Assembly: GCA_038153405.1 (NCBI GenBank)
Contig: JAYOYH010000004.1
Coordinates: 99,626 to 163,625 of the forward strand
DNA: 64,000 bases
Reading direction: 5' to 3'
DNA from: Gemmatimonadota bacterium
Lineage (GTDB): Bacteria; Latescibacterota; UBA2968; UBA8231
The position numbers and the translations under genes were made by a program. The first letter of the stretch is position 1. The number at the start of each line of letters is the position of its first letter. Positions 40,195 to 50,124 of the stretch are shown here, one piece after another. The notes under the pieces were generated by a model, which was given only the letters and a program-made list of their open reading frames with translations, was not told where the DNA came from and did no database searches.

Positions 40195-42867
40195 CTAGTT
40201 CAGACCAGCGAAAATGGTGATGAAAGACTGACTCGTTAGCCGCGCTTTCTGACCGGAGAAGTCCCTGCGCTCCAGCGACCAACCCACCAAAGCGCGCAGT
40301 CGATAGCCGAGGTAGTCGGACTCATTGCTAAACTGCACTGCACCGACGAGTGAATTGAAATCCATCGAATCGTCTTCCAGATCGTTGAAGTACATGTACT
40401 CGATACCGGCCTGTAACATGGTGACCTTCAGCACGGGCACCCGAAAAAGAGCCGAGGCCAACTCCGTCAGCGAAGTCTCATCATTCTCGGAAAACAGACC
40501 GCGGCTCTGTTTGCGAAATTCGCTTTTAAAACGCGGCTCTATGACGACGCGTCCGATATTGCGGCGATAGCCAATCTTGTTGATGACGCCGAAAAAGAAG
40601 TCCGACTTGTCGAGCCCGTGCATCTGGCGATCAGCCCGACTCATCAGCTGGTTGAAGAGCACGTAGTTGAGCTTGTTCATCATGGAAACCGAACCGCGCT
40701 GCAGCGCGTGCCCGAGAAACGACTGACTCACAAACGTATCCCTTGCGAGCAGCGGATCTTCCACCTGCGTCAACTCGCCGCCCAGCAGCGTGTTGTCCGG
40801 AGCCCACTGCAATAGGTTGTTGGGAATGTCGTCCTCGACCTTTTTGACCATCTGAAATACGCGCAGCCGACCAAGGCGCGGTGAATCGCCGTCGTAGGTC
40901 ATCATTCCATACAGACTGTGGTTTTTCTGATTTGATGAGATCAATCCCTCGCGCAGCACGCCCAGCGACACGCTCATTTCAGGCGTGATATCGGCCTTGC
41001 CATAGACGTTATAACCACGGTGGTCTTTGCGGTAGGGATAGTCCGGCAGTTCGTCGTTCTCGTACTGATCTATCCAGAAGTTGTTGTTCATATCGACGCC
41101 GAATAGAAACTCGGGGCGATCCGACGCATAGCGCAGAAACGGCTCCTCGTAGTCAGGCGTTACGTTTGAGCGAACGAGGTTGTCGTTTTGGTTGATATCG
41201 GGGATGAAGTCGTTGTTCTGGTCCCATCCGGGAAATACGCGCGAATCGCCCGGCAGCCAGTCGAAGCGCACGGTGTCGGGATTGCGATCCTGATCGTCGT
41301 TATCCTCAACCAGTTCGACCATGCCGCGACGCTCGCTGTCATACTCTATGCCGCCAGCCCCCTGCGTGATAAAGGTCCGCGTATTGTAGTGCGGATCCAT
41401 GCTGTATGCTTCGCCAAACAGAGAAAAAACCGATGACTTCTTCGACGCATTGATCATCCAAGCAGGTGCGCTGCGCTGCGAGCCTACGCCAGAATACGCC
41501 TTGTGGCTCTCCTCGTTTGGATTGGGGTACTTGCGATAGTTCCAGTTCAGATCGTATTCGCCGTAAATATCGATTCCTTTGAAGTTGCGCACTTCAATCG
41601 TTCCGCCAAAAATATGCGTCGCCGTCGGAAGGCCGTACTCAAAGCGAACGGTTTCCAAATTCGTGATATCCTGGACGTTGCCCTCAGCCTGCGCCACGAG
41701 CAGCAGCACCGGCTGACCGTCCGTATTGGTCTGCTGATCGGATGTCATCCAGATCTGGTAGTCGTTGCCGACCGAAAGGCGAAACTCAACTTTCTCAATT
41801 TCTTCTTTGGCCTGGCTGGACTGGTCGACAAAAGACGGGCTGTTGAAATCGTAGAGCAGGCGGATTTCTTCGGAGCCGTTAGCGGCAATAAAGCCCTGCT
41901 CAACAAATCCCCCTTCGACGATAGGCTCAAAGCGGATATCTTTTCCGGAGTCTACCGTGCCGTCGCGATACGTGATAACCACGTCGGAACCGGCGGGGAA
42001 GTAGGCCGCTCCGCCTACGCCGTCTTCCGGTGAATCGTCGCGCAGAACGACCTGGATAAAGCCGACCGTCTTGTTTTGTCCGACGGTGAGCGCTCCGGCG
42101 AATGGATTGCCGGCGAGTTTGTCCGACAGCGTATTAGACTGGTGTGCGTTGACCGTATGGAGCGCCACTTCGACGAAGTCACCAAGCCCAACGCCAAAGC
42201 GCCCGCCAAGCAGCGTCGTATTGTTCGTGCGCGGAACTTCCAATTCGGCGGTAGACGATCCACCCGGACTGCTAATGCGCGAGTAGATCAGCGTCGCCTC
42301 GTAGCGATCCGTGCCCAAGTCGAACTGAACGCCGTCAAAGCGCGGCTTGGAAAAGACCATCGGACTCAGCACCGAACGCAGTTGGCTACTCACGGTCAGC
42401 GCGTAGTGGTACTGGCCCTGTTGGTCGGTAGCCACCACGACGTCGGAAAACCACTGGCTGAAGCGATCCGATTTAAACAGCGTATTACCAAACTGCAGAG
42501 GGCGGATCTGCGCGTTGTTAAAAATCAACCATCCGCGCGTCACGTAATTGCCGTAAAGGTCGTAAAAGTAATCGCCCTCCAACGTGGTTTCCACGTAGCG
42601 CTGATAGGGGTTGCGCGCGTAGTTGGTATATTCCCACTGCCGCCACTGATACTCCTTGTACAACTCCTGCGGCACATACCAACGGCGCATCGCCGGATCC
42701 AGCGCTCCCAGCATAACTCCGGGCCCCTGCGGCGCGTAGCTCGTTTCGGTCTGCGATTGGAGGCCCAACCGCGTTCCGTAGTCTACCTGTGCGCTTCCCG
42801 TCTCCGTGATCGCCAGCAAAGCTACGGCTAGCGACGAGGCGAAAAGCACTTTAGAAATCGCTTTCAA
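40195..42867 (-). CDS. Large exported protein, putative outer-membrane beta-barrel with Asp/Asn Ca-binding-like motifs (paralog A)
   Basis: TTG 42867 after GGAGG; signal peptide (GSA-Q); VEDNDDQDRNPD, FPGWDQNNDFIPD, DMNNNFWIDQYEND; ends FITIFAGLN. Confidence 0.7.
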   Translation of the reverse strand: MKAISKVLFASSLAVALLAITETGSAQVDYGTRLGLQSQTETSYAPQGPGVMLGALDPAMRRWYVPQELYKEYQWRQWEYTNYARNPYQRYVETTLEGDYFYDLYGNYVTRGWLIFNNAQIRPLQFGNTLFKSDRFSQWFSDVVVATDQQGQYHYALTVSSQLRSVLSPMVFSKPRFDGVQFDLGTDRYEATLIYSRISSPGGSSTAELEVPRTNNTTLLGGRFGVGLGDFVEVALHTVNAHQSNTLSDKLAGNPFAGALTVGQNKTVGFIQVVLRDDSPEDGVGGAAYFPAGSDVVITYRDGTVDSGKDIRFEPIVEGGFVEQGFIAANGSEEIRLLYDFNSPSFVDQSSQAKEEIEKVEFRLSVGNDYQIWMTSDQQTNTDGQPVLLLVAQAEGNVQDITNLETVRFEYGLPTATHIFGGTIEVRNFKGIDIYGEYDLNWNYRKYPNPNEESHKAYSGVGSQRSAPAWMINASKKSSVFSLFGEAYSMDPHYNTRTFITQGAGGIEYDSERRGMVELVEDNDDQDRNPDTVRFDWLPGDSRVFPGWDQNNDFIPDINQNDNLVRSNVTPDYEEPFLRYASDRPEFLFGVDMNNNFWIDQYENDELPDYPYRKDHRGYNVYGKADITPEMSVSLGVLREGLISSNQKNHSLYGMMTYDGDSPRLGRLRVFQMVKKVEDDIPNNLLQWAPDNTLLGGELTQVEDPLLARDTFVSQSFLGHALQRGSVSMMNKLNYVLFNQLMSRADRQMHGLDKSDFFFGVINKIGYRRNIGRVVIEPRFKSEFRKQSRGLFSENDETSLTELASALFRVPVLKVTMLQAGIEYMYFNDLEDDSMDFNSLVGAVQFSNESDYLGYRLRALVGWSLERRDFSGQKARLTSQSFITIFAGLN

Positions 42868-42928
42868 GCGTGCCTCCCTTAAATATGCAACCATTCGTCC
42901 CGGTCTGAACTCGGCGTGTCGCGCCCTA

Positions 42929-45900
42929 TTAGTACGCCACACCAACCAACTGCACCAACTGCTGCCCCGAAACATCTTCGGCGTCGGTTTCTACGTCCAC
43001 TTGGGCAATGTATAGCCCTGGCACGACCAAGACCCCATCATCGGCCCGGCCGTCCCAATGAAACTGCTGTGACCCACCCGACACGACGCGCTCTATGGTG
43101 CGCACGCGTCGCCCGTCCAAGCTGTAGATATGCACACTTACTGGGCGAGCGGCATGCACCTTGAACAGAGAGAAAGAGATGATCGTCTGGTCGTTAATCG
43201 CATCGCCGTTGGGCGTAAACGGGTTGGGCGCCACCTGCATTTTTTCGACCACATTGCCCGCGCCTTGGGCCAAGATCTCCAGACCAACGCCCGGTACGAC
43301 TTCCGTTACGTCTTCCGCGCTCGCCTCCTGCCACACCCCGCCGCTCGCGCCGTTGCGCACGGCAACCTTGATATTGGATCCCTGTAGAAAAATGCGCGAA
43401 GCAATGCGCAGACGTATCAAATCGCCCAAACTAACTACGGCTCCTCGACGGCTGGTCGGCAGACGATTGTAGTCGGTCTCCGTCAACAGCTCACCGTCGT
43501 CATCGTAGGGCGACTCTTCGCCCAGGGCCGCAACGATGCGGAAGTAGCGGACGGGGCCGCGCTCTTCGACGGGCAGATCTTCGTACTCGTCGCGATCCAC
43601 TTCGGTCAGCCCGCTTTCCCGCTGGCGAAAATAGCGGATATCGCCCTGTTGATCGATCGGTAGTATCGAATGCGATGTCGCTGTTAGCAGCAAACCGTCC
43701 ACCGTCGTCGGCACCGAATCGCCGACTTCCAACCTGCGATTGAATACGCTAGCCGCCCCCGCCGCACTCTCGAGTGGCTGTGGGAAGCGCACCCAAACCG
43801 AATCGCTCTGGTCGCCTGCAACCTGCACAATGCTTCCCGCCGCGCTAGCCAACCCGTCGCCGTCTGGCAGGTCGTAGATGACAGCAGGCGACTCGTTCTG
43901 AAAATCCTCTTCCGTGCCGACAGCCACATCGATCAGGTCCATATCCCATTTGGGCTCAGAGCGCAGCAGCATCTCGTCGAATCCGGGCTGAACGAGCGCG
44001 ACGGGCTGTGTGAGAAAGCCCGGGCGTAAAAACACTTCGAACGTGTCGAGAATACCGGCCTGCGTTTGCGCCGGCCACAGTTCGGCGCGCAGTTCCTGCG
44101 CAACCGGATTGTGCAGTTGCACCGATATGCGCTCAAGTGCCGGCGCGACAATTCGGCTATTGCTGATCAAACGCGCTTGAATTTGCATGTAGCGACGCAA
44201 ACTGGGCGACGTAACCCGGCCTCCCCGGTTGATGTATTTCTGGCTCCACGGACTCCAGTCAGGCCCCAGAGACAGCGTTGTATCGGTCACGCCCTTTAGA
44301 AAGCCGGGTAGCTTACTATATTGCTCCGCCGTCTGCTCCTCACCGCTATTTTTAAAGTAGCGCACAATCTGAAAGAGCTGGTTACCCGTCCGCGTGCGGA
44401 TTTCGACCTGCGTGCCAGGCGGCGTGCTGGCCTCCCAGTCAATAGCACCGAGGTTGAAATTGCCCGGCAATTCGATCAAGTCCGACTCGGCCACCACTTC
44501 GGCCGCCGGTCCCTCTGAAAAGATCTGCACTTCCGCAATCCAGGGCCAAAATTCGTCAATCCCAGCCCCAATATTATCCAAGTTAGTGTTGATAAAGGTG
44601 GTCAATTCGAGATAGCGGAGTTTGACCGGTGGATCCACCACGTCGTTTAGCGTAGTGAAGGAGCCGTTGTCGATATTCTTTTCGCGCTCGGGCGGACTCA
44701 AGGCCTGCCACAGCAGTTCGCCCCTGGCATCGCGCGCACCGGAAGAGCCGCGCATCAGGTATCCTCGTATGCCATCGGTGAAATAGCGAATTTCCTTAAG
44801 CCAGATCGACCCACCTAGGTCGACTATGAGGATATTGTCGTCGGGCTTTTCCGGATCGCGCGACGCGTGCTGATATCGGGTGGCACCATCTCCATCAAAA
44901 GCGGCTATAGGCGCCGCATTGGAAAAGGTGTGGCTGATCGATCCGCCCAGTCGCGCCAATCCCATACTCAGATTGTCGCCCATAGCCCAAGCGCCGACTT
45001 CAGCGAGGCGGGGCAGCTCGCGCCGATAGTACAGGCGCCGTCCCTGGCGTTCCGGTTCCAACGCCAAGTAGGTCGCTTCGTCTACCGGTTCTTCTCGGCC
45101 AGTTAGATCTTGGACGAAGTACTCTATGTCGCCGCGCTCGTTCACAGGTAGCGCCTGCCAGGCTTCCTCGCTTATCAGCTCGGCTCGTCCAAAGCGCGAA
45201 TCGGTGATGACGATGCGGATCGTCTCAATCTTGCGCCCCGTCCACTCAAAGTTGCTCACATTGGATACGAAGTTCGACTGATGACGGCCTGTCGCTACGC
45301 TGGCCGCAGAGAAGCGCTTTGACTCAACCGGCACATCGACCGGCAGCCCGTCGCTGACGGAACCGCTCTGAAAGATATAGGTGCGCTGGTCGGTGTTGGG
45401 CGCCTCGAAAGGCACGAAGCGCGAAAAGCGCAGGTTTCCTTCTTCAAAACGACTGGGCGTCTGGCGCTCGCTCAGCAGTAGAATAAACTTGTGGAAGGGA
45501 TCGCCCTGCCCCTCGTCGACAAACTGCAGGCGCAGCTGTTCCAACGGCACGACGCGCGCCAGGTCGACCTCGATCCACCACTGACTAATTGGGTCGTTCG
45601 GATCCGGCTCCCAGTAGGTATTGGGGTCGCCGTCCAAAATATTGGCGGCCATCTGCGGGTTCGACCCTACGCGACTCACGCCGGGGCGCACGGCATAATC
45701 GAAGATGGCATTTCCTTGCGTATCGAGTAGAATTTCACCCTTGTCGTTGATGCGCACCGTGCTGTCAATCGTCGCGATGCGCGCATCCTTGCTAAAGATT
45801 TCCAGCGGGCGTCGAAAACTCGTATCGGCTAAGACGTTGTACACCGTTCGGAACGATTTGGGAGCGATGCGTCCCAACGAATCGACGTATGCTAAATTGG

Positions 45901-46063
45901 CCGGGATGGTCCAATTGGACCAGTTGGCACGCCCCTCGACCACAACCTGCTCTGCATCGATTCGATAGCCCAGCTGCGCATTACTCGGCGCGACATGCAG
46001 CGCCAGCCACAGCGCCGCCAGCGCCAGCCGTACTACACGCCCGTGCATTTTCTCTTTCTTCAT
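42929..46063 (-). CDS. Large secreted protein with discoidin-like domains and FlgD-Ig-like C-terminal domain
   Basis: Signal peptide; NILDGDPNTYW..IEVDL and AAFDGD..IVDLG; RTRTG..WSPWS..SPSLRRYMQ; PNPFTPNGDAIND..WDGRA..VVPGLY. Confidence 0.75.
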   Translation of the reverse strand: MKKEKMHGRVVRLALAALWLALHVAPSNAQLGYRIDAEQVVVEGRANWSNWTIPANLAYVDSLGRIAPKSFRTVYNVLADTSFRRPLEIFSKDARIATIDSTVRINDKGEILLDTQGNAIFDYAVRPGVSRVGSNPQMAANILDGDPNTYWEPDPNDPISQWWIEVDLARVVPLEQLRLQFVDEGQGDPFHKFILLLSERQTPSRFEEGNLRFSRFVPFEAPNTDQRTYIFQSGSVSDGLPVDVPVESKRFSAASVATGRHQSNFVSNVSNFEWTGRKIETIRIVITDSRFGRAELISEEAWQALPVNERGDIEYFVQDLTGREEPVDEATYLALEPERQGRRLYYRRELPRLAEVGAWAMGDNLSMGLARLGGSISHTFSNAAPIAAFDGDGATRYQHASRDPEKPDDNILIVDLGGSIWLKEIRYFTDGIRGYLMRGSSGARDARGELLWQALSPPEREKNIDNGSFTTLNDVVDPPVKLRYLELTTFINTNLDNIGAGIDEFWPWIAEVQIFSEGPAAEVVAESDLIELPGNFNLGAIDWEASTPPGTQVEIRTRTGNQLFQIVRYFKNSGEEQTAEQYSKLPGFLKGVTDTTLSLGPDWSPWSQKYINRGGRVTSPSLRRYMQIQARLISNSRIVAPALERISVQLHNPVAQELRAELWPAQTQAGILDTFEVFLRPGFLTQPVALVQPGFDEMLLRSEPKWDMDLIDVAVGTEEDFQNESPAVIYDLPDGDGLASAAGSIVQVAGDQSDSVWVRFPQPLESAAGAASVFNRRLEVGDSVPTTVDGLLLTATSHSILPIDQQGDIRYFRQRESGLTEVDRDEYEDLPVEERGPVRYFRIVAALGEESPYDDDGELLTETDYNRLPTSRRGAVVSLGDLIRLRIASRIFLQGSNIKVAVRNGASGGVWQEASAEDVTEVVPGVGLEILAQGAGNVVEKMQVAPNPFTPNGDAINDQTIISFSLFKVHAARPVSVHIYSLDGRRVRTIERVVSGGSQQFHWDGRADDGVLVVPGLYIAQVDVETDAEDVSGQQLVQLVGVAY

Positions 46064-46066
46064 CGA

Positions 46067-47752
46067 TTACGACTCCTCGTCAGCAACCAGACGATCGGGA
46101 AACTGCACCACCCGATCTGCATATTTCTCTCGCAAGCGGCTGATAAAACGCCCCACCAACTCGCTCTCATTCTGCTGGCGCAGCAGCGCCTCTACGCGCG
46201 GACGCGCTCCGTCAAACGGTTCGATCTGTTCCTCGCGGCGACCAAGCACCTGAAAGACGGCAAAGTGACCGTCTTTGGTCTCAATGGGGCCAACCCACTC
46301 GCCGTCCGCGGCGGCAAAGGCCGCGTCAAATAGCACGGGATAACGCGAGCGAAAAACCGGCGTTAACGCCATTTCGCCCGTGCGCGGCTTGCCGTGCGTT
46401 TCGGCATCGCGGCGAATCAACAGGCGTCCGATGGGGGTCCCATCTTTTAACTGCTGGAGAAAACCTTCGGCGTCTTCGAGCGTGCTGGCGGACAGTTCGC
46501 GAATCCGCACCTCGCGCGGAATGACGAAGCGGCTCTTATTGGCTTCGTAAAAGGCGTGCACTTCACCTTCGTCAAACGCCTGGCTGGCCACCGTTTCTCT
46601 GGCCATTAGCGCCGTTAAAATCAGCTTGTTTTTTTCCTGCTGATGCCAGCCGACAAATTCGTCCTCTCGATTCCATCCGCGCTCCTGCGCAACCCGCTCA
46701 AATAGCAGCGGACGAAGCAGCAGATCCTCAAATAGGCGCTGGGCAAATACCGAGTCGGGCGGCGGCCCCGATGCGCCTTGTGCCTTCAGGTAGTCTATGC
46801 CCTCGCCCACCGTCATCTGCCCTTCGCTCAGACTGAACAACACCTGCCCATCGGTAGCCGCATCGAGCTTATCGGCTCGACGCTTGCGCAATGCGTCGAT
46901 GAGTGCTCCCATCGCCTCTGCGCGCACCTCCACTCCATAGCGGTGCTTCAGCTGCTCGAATTCCTCGCGATTGCCCGCCTGCCACTTGCGATCGCGCACC
47001 AAGCGGTATACTTCCTGCTGATAGGTAGCTAACTCCGGCGTGCGCTCATCCAAAAAGCGGTAGATCTGCCAGCCGCGCGAAAGCCGCACGGGCGGCGCCA
47101 CTTCATCCAAGCCGACCGTAAAGAACACGCGGCGAGGTATGAGAAAACGCCGCTCGGCTTCGGAGCCATTAAACCATCCGACGACGCCATCGCCTTCGGC
47201 GATTGCATCGTTGGGGGCAAATTCATCGACCAATTCGGCGAAAGACCGACCGGCGGCCAACTCCGACAGCACGCGGTCGCGATCCGCCTCGCTGCGCACG
47301 AGTATGCGACTCAGCAAGCGTTCGCTGTTCAATCGGCTGTCGACAAACTCGCGCTGCAAGTCCTCTTCCGTGACTTCAATGCTCGGCGCAATTTCGCGAA
47401 CCTGGTAGAGTTCGGACAGGCGGCGACGCGTGATAAAGGCGAGTTCCTGCTGAATTTCGACGTCTTCGTACAACCCGCGCTCGGTTGCTTCCAGCAGGAG
47501 CAACTCGCGGTCGACCATCGCCTGCAAGTAGCCTGCCTGCGAAGCGGCGTCGCGCCGCACGTTTTCCTTTATGGGCGATAGGTTGCTAACAAATTGCTCA
47601 TATTCAACGCGCGTGATCTCAACTTGGCCGACGCGCGCCAGCACGGCGTCGTTATCACCGCACCCGCTCGATATCGTTAGCACACACGCAAAGGCCACTG
47701 CGAACCAAGTAAAGCGATGTACCGTGTGGACCCATTTTTTGCGAGCACTCAT
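46067..47752 (-). CDS. PpiC/SurA/PrsA-like foldase lipoprotein with duplicated parvulin-like modules
   Basis: Lipobox ISSG-C; VLARVG..IT, ILV..GRSFAELV..GVVGW, FDAAF..VGPIET. Confidence 0.8.
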   Translation of the reverse strand: MSARKKWVHTVHRFTWFAVAFACVLTISSGCGDNDAVLARVGQVEITRVEYEQFVSNLSPIKENVRRDAASQAGYLQAMVDRELLLLEATERGLYEDVEIQQELAFITRRRLSELYQVREIAPSIEVTEEDLQREFVDSRLNSERLLSRILVRSEADRDRVLSELAAGRSFAELVDEFAPNDAIAEGDGVVGWFNGSEAERRFLIPRRVFFTVGLDEVAPPVRLSRGWQIYRFLDERTPELATYQQEVYRLVRDRKWQAGNREEFEQLKHRYGVEVRAEAMGALIDALRKRRADKLDAATDGQVLFSLSEGQMTVGEGIDYLKAQGASGPPPDSVFAQRLFEDLLLRPLLFERVAQERGWNREDEFVGWHQQEKNKLILTALMARETVASQAFDEGEVHAFYEANKSRFVIPREVRIRELSASTLEDAEGFLQQLKDGTPIGRLLIRRDAETHGKPRTGEMALTPVFRSRYPVLFDAAFAAADGEWVGPIETKDGHFAVFQVLGRREEQIEPFDGARPRVEALLRQQNESELVGRFISRLREKYADRVVQFPDRLVADEES

Positions 47753-47909
47753 AACGCCGACTTGCGAACTCTCCAGTTTAAACCATGCACTAGCTAAACT
47801 AGGCCAACGAAAATCGGCCCATACAACAAGCAATACCGATTGGTCGACCGGGTTGTAAAATTTACAAACTTGTTATCGCCAATACATCTTATATTGGTCG
47901 AGTTTTTTG

Positions 47910-47954
47910 GACATACCATGCTATAATATAGACATAATATCACTTTTAGGACAT
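47910..47954 (-). promoter_or_regulatory. GACAT direct-repeat array, putative AraC-type binding sites
   Basis: GACAT (plus strand) at 47910, 47931, 47950 in AT-rich DNA upstream of the envelope operon. Confidence 0.6.
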
Positions 47955-48060
47955 TAAAGCAAGAAAAGCGACCTCTCACTACACCATCCCAACATTGTGA
48001 TACCTCTGATTCACACTTGAGCGTCTATGCCCAACCCCGCACAGACCAGCCATTCCAAGA

Positions 48061-50049
48061 CTAATACATGTTGATCCGATTGCCCGTCATGCCAGTGAAT
48101 CCATCGATGACCAACCACAACCCGCCGACGACAAACTGGCCAAGAATCAGTCCCATAAACAGCCAGCGCGTATGGCGGTACCCCACTGGTCCGGCATACT
48201 TTAGCACGACGCTCTTCATACACCAAGCCAAAAAGATGCTGAACCAGATGCTGTCCATAATCCACGTGCCGCTTATGACATAGCCGATGGGGTGCAGCGG
48301 CCACCAGACAAAGTGATGACGCAGCAGCATCAGCAGTGCCATAATCGCGGCCCCCAACCCATTCCAGCCCCACCCGGCCCAATTCGGCTCAACAGGCGTG
48401 TTGATGAACTGGGCCGCCAGCTTGAACGGCTCCTGCGCAAACCAGGAAAAATACTGCTGGTGCATATTCAGCGCTCCGTACTGGTAACCCAACCGCAGCG
48501 TGATATAGATCGAGCCGAGCAGAGCGATCAGCAGCGCAGCCGCAAGCATAGCCAACACGCGTCGGCGATTGCCCTTTACCTCGTGCAGCAAGCGTATGCC
48601 GTTGGCCACCGGCGCCATGGCAAAGACCAGCAGATCGCCGGCCCACGTCAGGGTATAGCCGATGGCGACCAAACCGCCCGGTCCCAGCAGCGACGAGCCA
48701 AAGCCCGATACGACAAAACCGCCGGCCGTCAGCCCCTCCACCGCAGACGACAGGCCCGCTTCGACGATGACGCGCGTCAGCGCAAAGAAGATGGCAAAAG
48801 CGGCGAATAAGAAAATGGGAACAGCCCAGGCGGGCATGCCCGCTCTCCACAGCCACACGCCCATAATGGCCAGCCCCACACCCAAGCCGATAACGGCCGA
48901 GCGATAGCTGAGCATCTCACCGTCGTCCCTAGTCGAATCGGCCAACCAGGCCTGGTCCCACACTTCGCGCAGATGCGTTCGCGCCGTCCACATTCCCATC
49001 AGCAGCAGCACGACCATCGCTCCCAGCGTCTGATGGCTCAGCATACCGGTCGTAGCGCCCATATGCCCGAAGCGGCCCAACTGCTCGGCGCTGTAAATGC
49101 CCAACACCCCGCAGACGGCCTGCTGCACTTTCGCCAGCGCGAAAAACACCCATAGACTAAACGAAACGCCGGTGTTTATGAGGTAGGCCAATCCGAGCAT
49201 GAGGTAGTTGAGTCGCACCCGTATGGCCGGCATATCGGGCACCACGTCGAACGTTATGTTGAGCGTCGTGCTCGGAATAAAGGGATAGTAATTGCTCAGC
49301 GAGTCGATCGTATTGAAGATGAGGGGAATGGCAAAACCCACCCACATCAGCGGCCTCTTGAGAAAGGGCTTTACCAGCTGCCCTTCCCTTCCGTCGATCA
49401 TTGCCAGCGGCACCTGCACGAGCGGATAGAGCAAGCGCTCGTTATCCATCCACTGGCGCCGCATGATCACCATAGCGCAGATAATCGCGCAGTACAAACC
49501 CGCCATAAACAGCAGCCACCAGCCCAGCGGCTGTAGCCACACATCCCACGGCACGCGGCCCCCCTGCGACAGCCCTTCGTAAAAGGCTTTAATCGCCACT
49601 TCGTCACGCGGAGCAATCCAGTCGGGCAGGTAGGGCACGACAGTCTCGAGCCAGCCGTTTTCGGGGGTGGCGTAATACATCACGGCGGAGATAACGGCCA
49701 GGGCCACCCCTGTAAAGCCGCGCGTGGGAACGGCGGTGGCCAACATCATCATGACCGTGACGAGCAGCAGTTCGGCGCGGTTGAGAGCCCAACTGCGCCG
49801 CACACTGCCCAGCAGCGGCTGCACGGCGACGACAAAGACAAAGAGCAGAAAAAAAGCGGCCGGCGTAGAGGAACTCAGCCCTAAGCGCGTCCCCTGAATG
49901 ATGAACTCGCCATAGGGCAGCCCAAGCGCGATGACTAAGCACAGCACCATCCCCACCAACATACCCCACGGCCGAATGTGCGGCGTGGAGTGCTGACCTA
50001 GACCGGCGGAGGGATCAGAGGGGCGTTCCCGACTCAATAGCAAACCCAA
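48061..50049 (-). CDS. DUF6785/DUF6784-like polytopic membrane protein (putative permease), paralog 1
   Basis: Many TM segments; MRRQWMDNERLLYPL, RVIVEAGL, WWPLHPIGY; start uncertain. Confidence 0.75.
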   Translation of the reverse strand: MGLLLSRERPSDPSAGLGQHSTPHIRPWGMLVGMVLCLVIALGLPYGEFIIQGTRLGLSSSTPAAFFLLFVFVVAVQPLLGSVRRSWALNRAELLLVTVMMMLATAVPTRGFTGVALAVISAVMYYATPENGWLETVVPYLPDWIAPRDEVAIKAFYEGLSQGGRVPWDVWLQPLGWWLLFMAGLYCAIICAMVIMRRQWMDNERLLYPLVQVPLAMIDGREGQLVKPFLKRPLMWVGFAIPLIFNTIDSLSNYYPFIPSTTLNITFDVVPDMPAIRVRLNYLMLGLAYLINTGVSFSLWVFFALAKVQQAVCGVLGIYSAEQLGRFGHMGATTGMLSHQTLGAMVVLLLMGMWTARTHLREVWDQAWLADSTRDDGEMLSYRSAVIGLGVGLAIMGVWLWRAGMPAWAVPIFLFAAFAIFFALTRVIVEAGLSSAVEGLTAGGFVVSGFGSSLLGPGGLVAIGYTLTWAGDLLVFAMAPVANGIRLLHEVKGNRRRVLAMLAAALLIALLGSIYITLRLGYQYGALNMHQQYFSWFAQEPFKLAAQFINTPVEPNWAGWGWNGLGAAIMALLMLLRHHFVWWPLHPIGYVISGTWIMDSIWFSIFLAWCMKSVVLKYAGPVGYRHTRWLFMGLILGQFVVGGLWLVIDGFTGMTGNRINMY

Positions 50050-50124
50050 GCGGTGGAGGGATAAAGCATCTCACTAATGTAGACCTTGACCCGCATGCAA
50101 ACAGGTTTAACAATTTACTAAATT

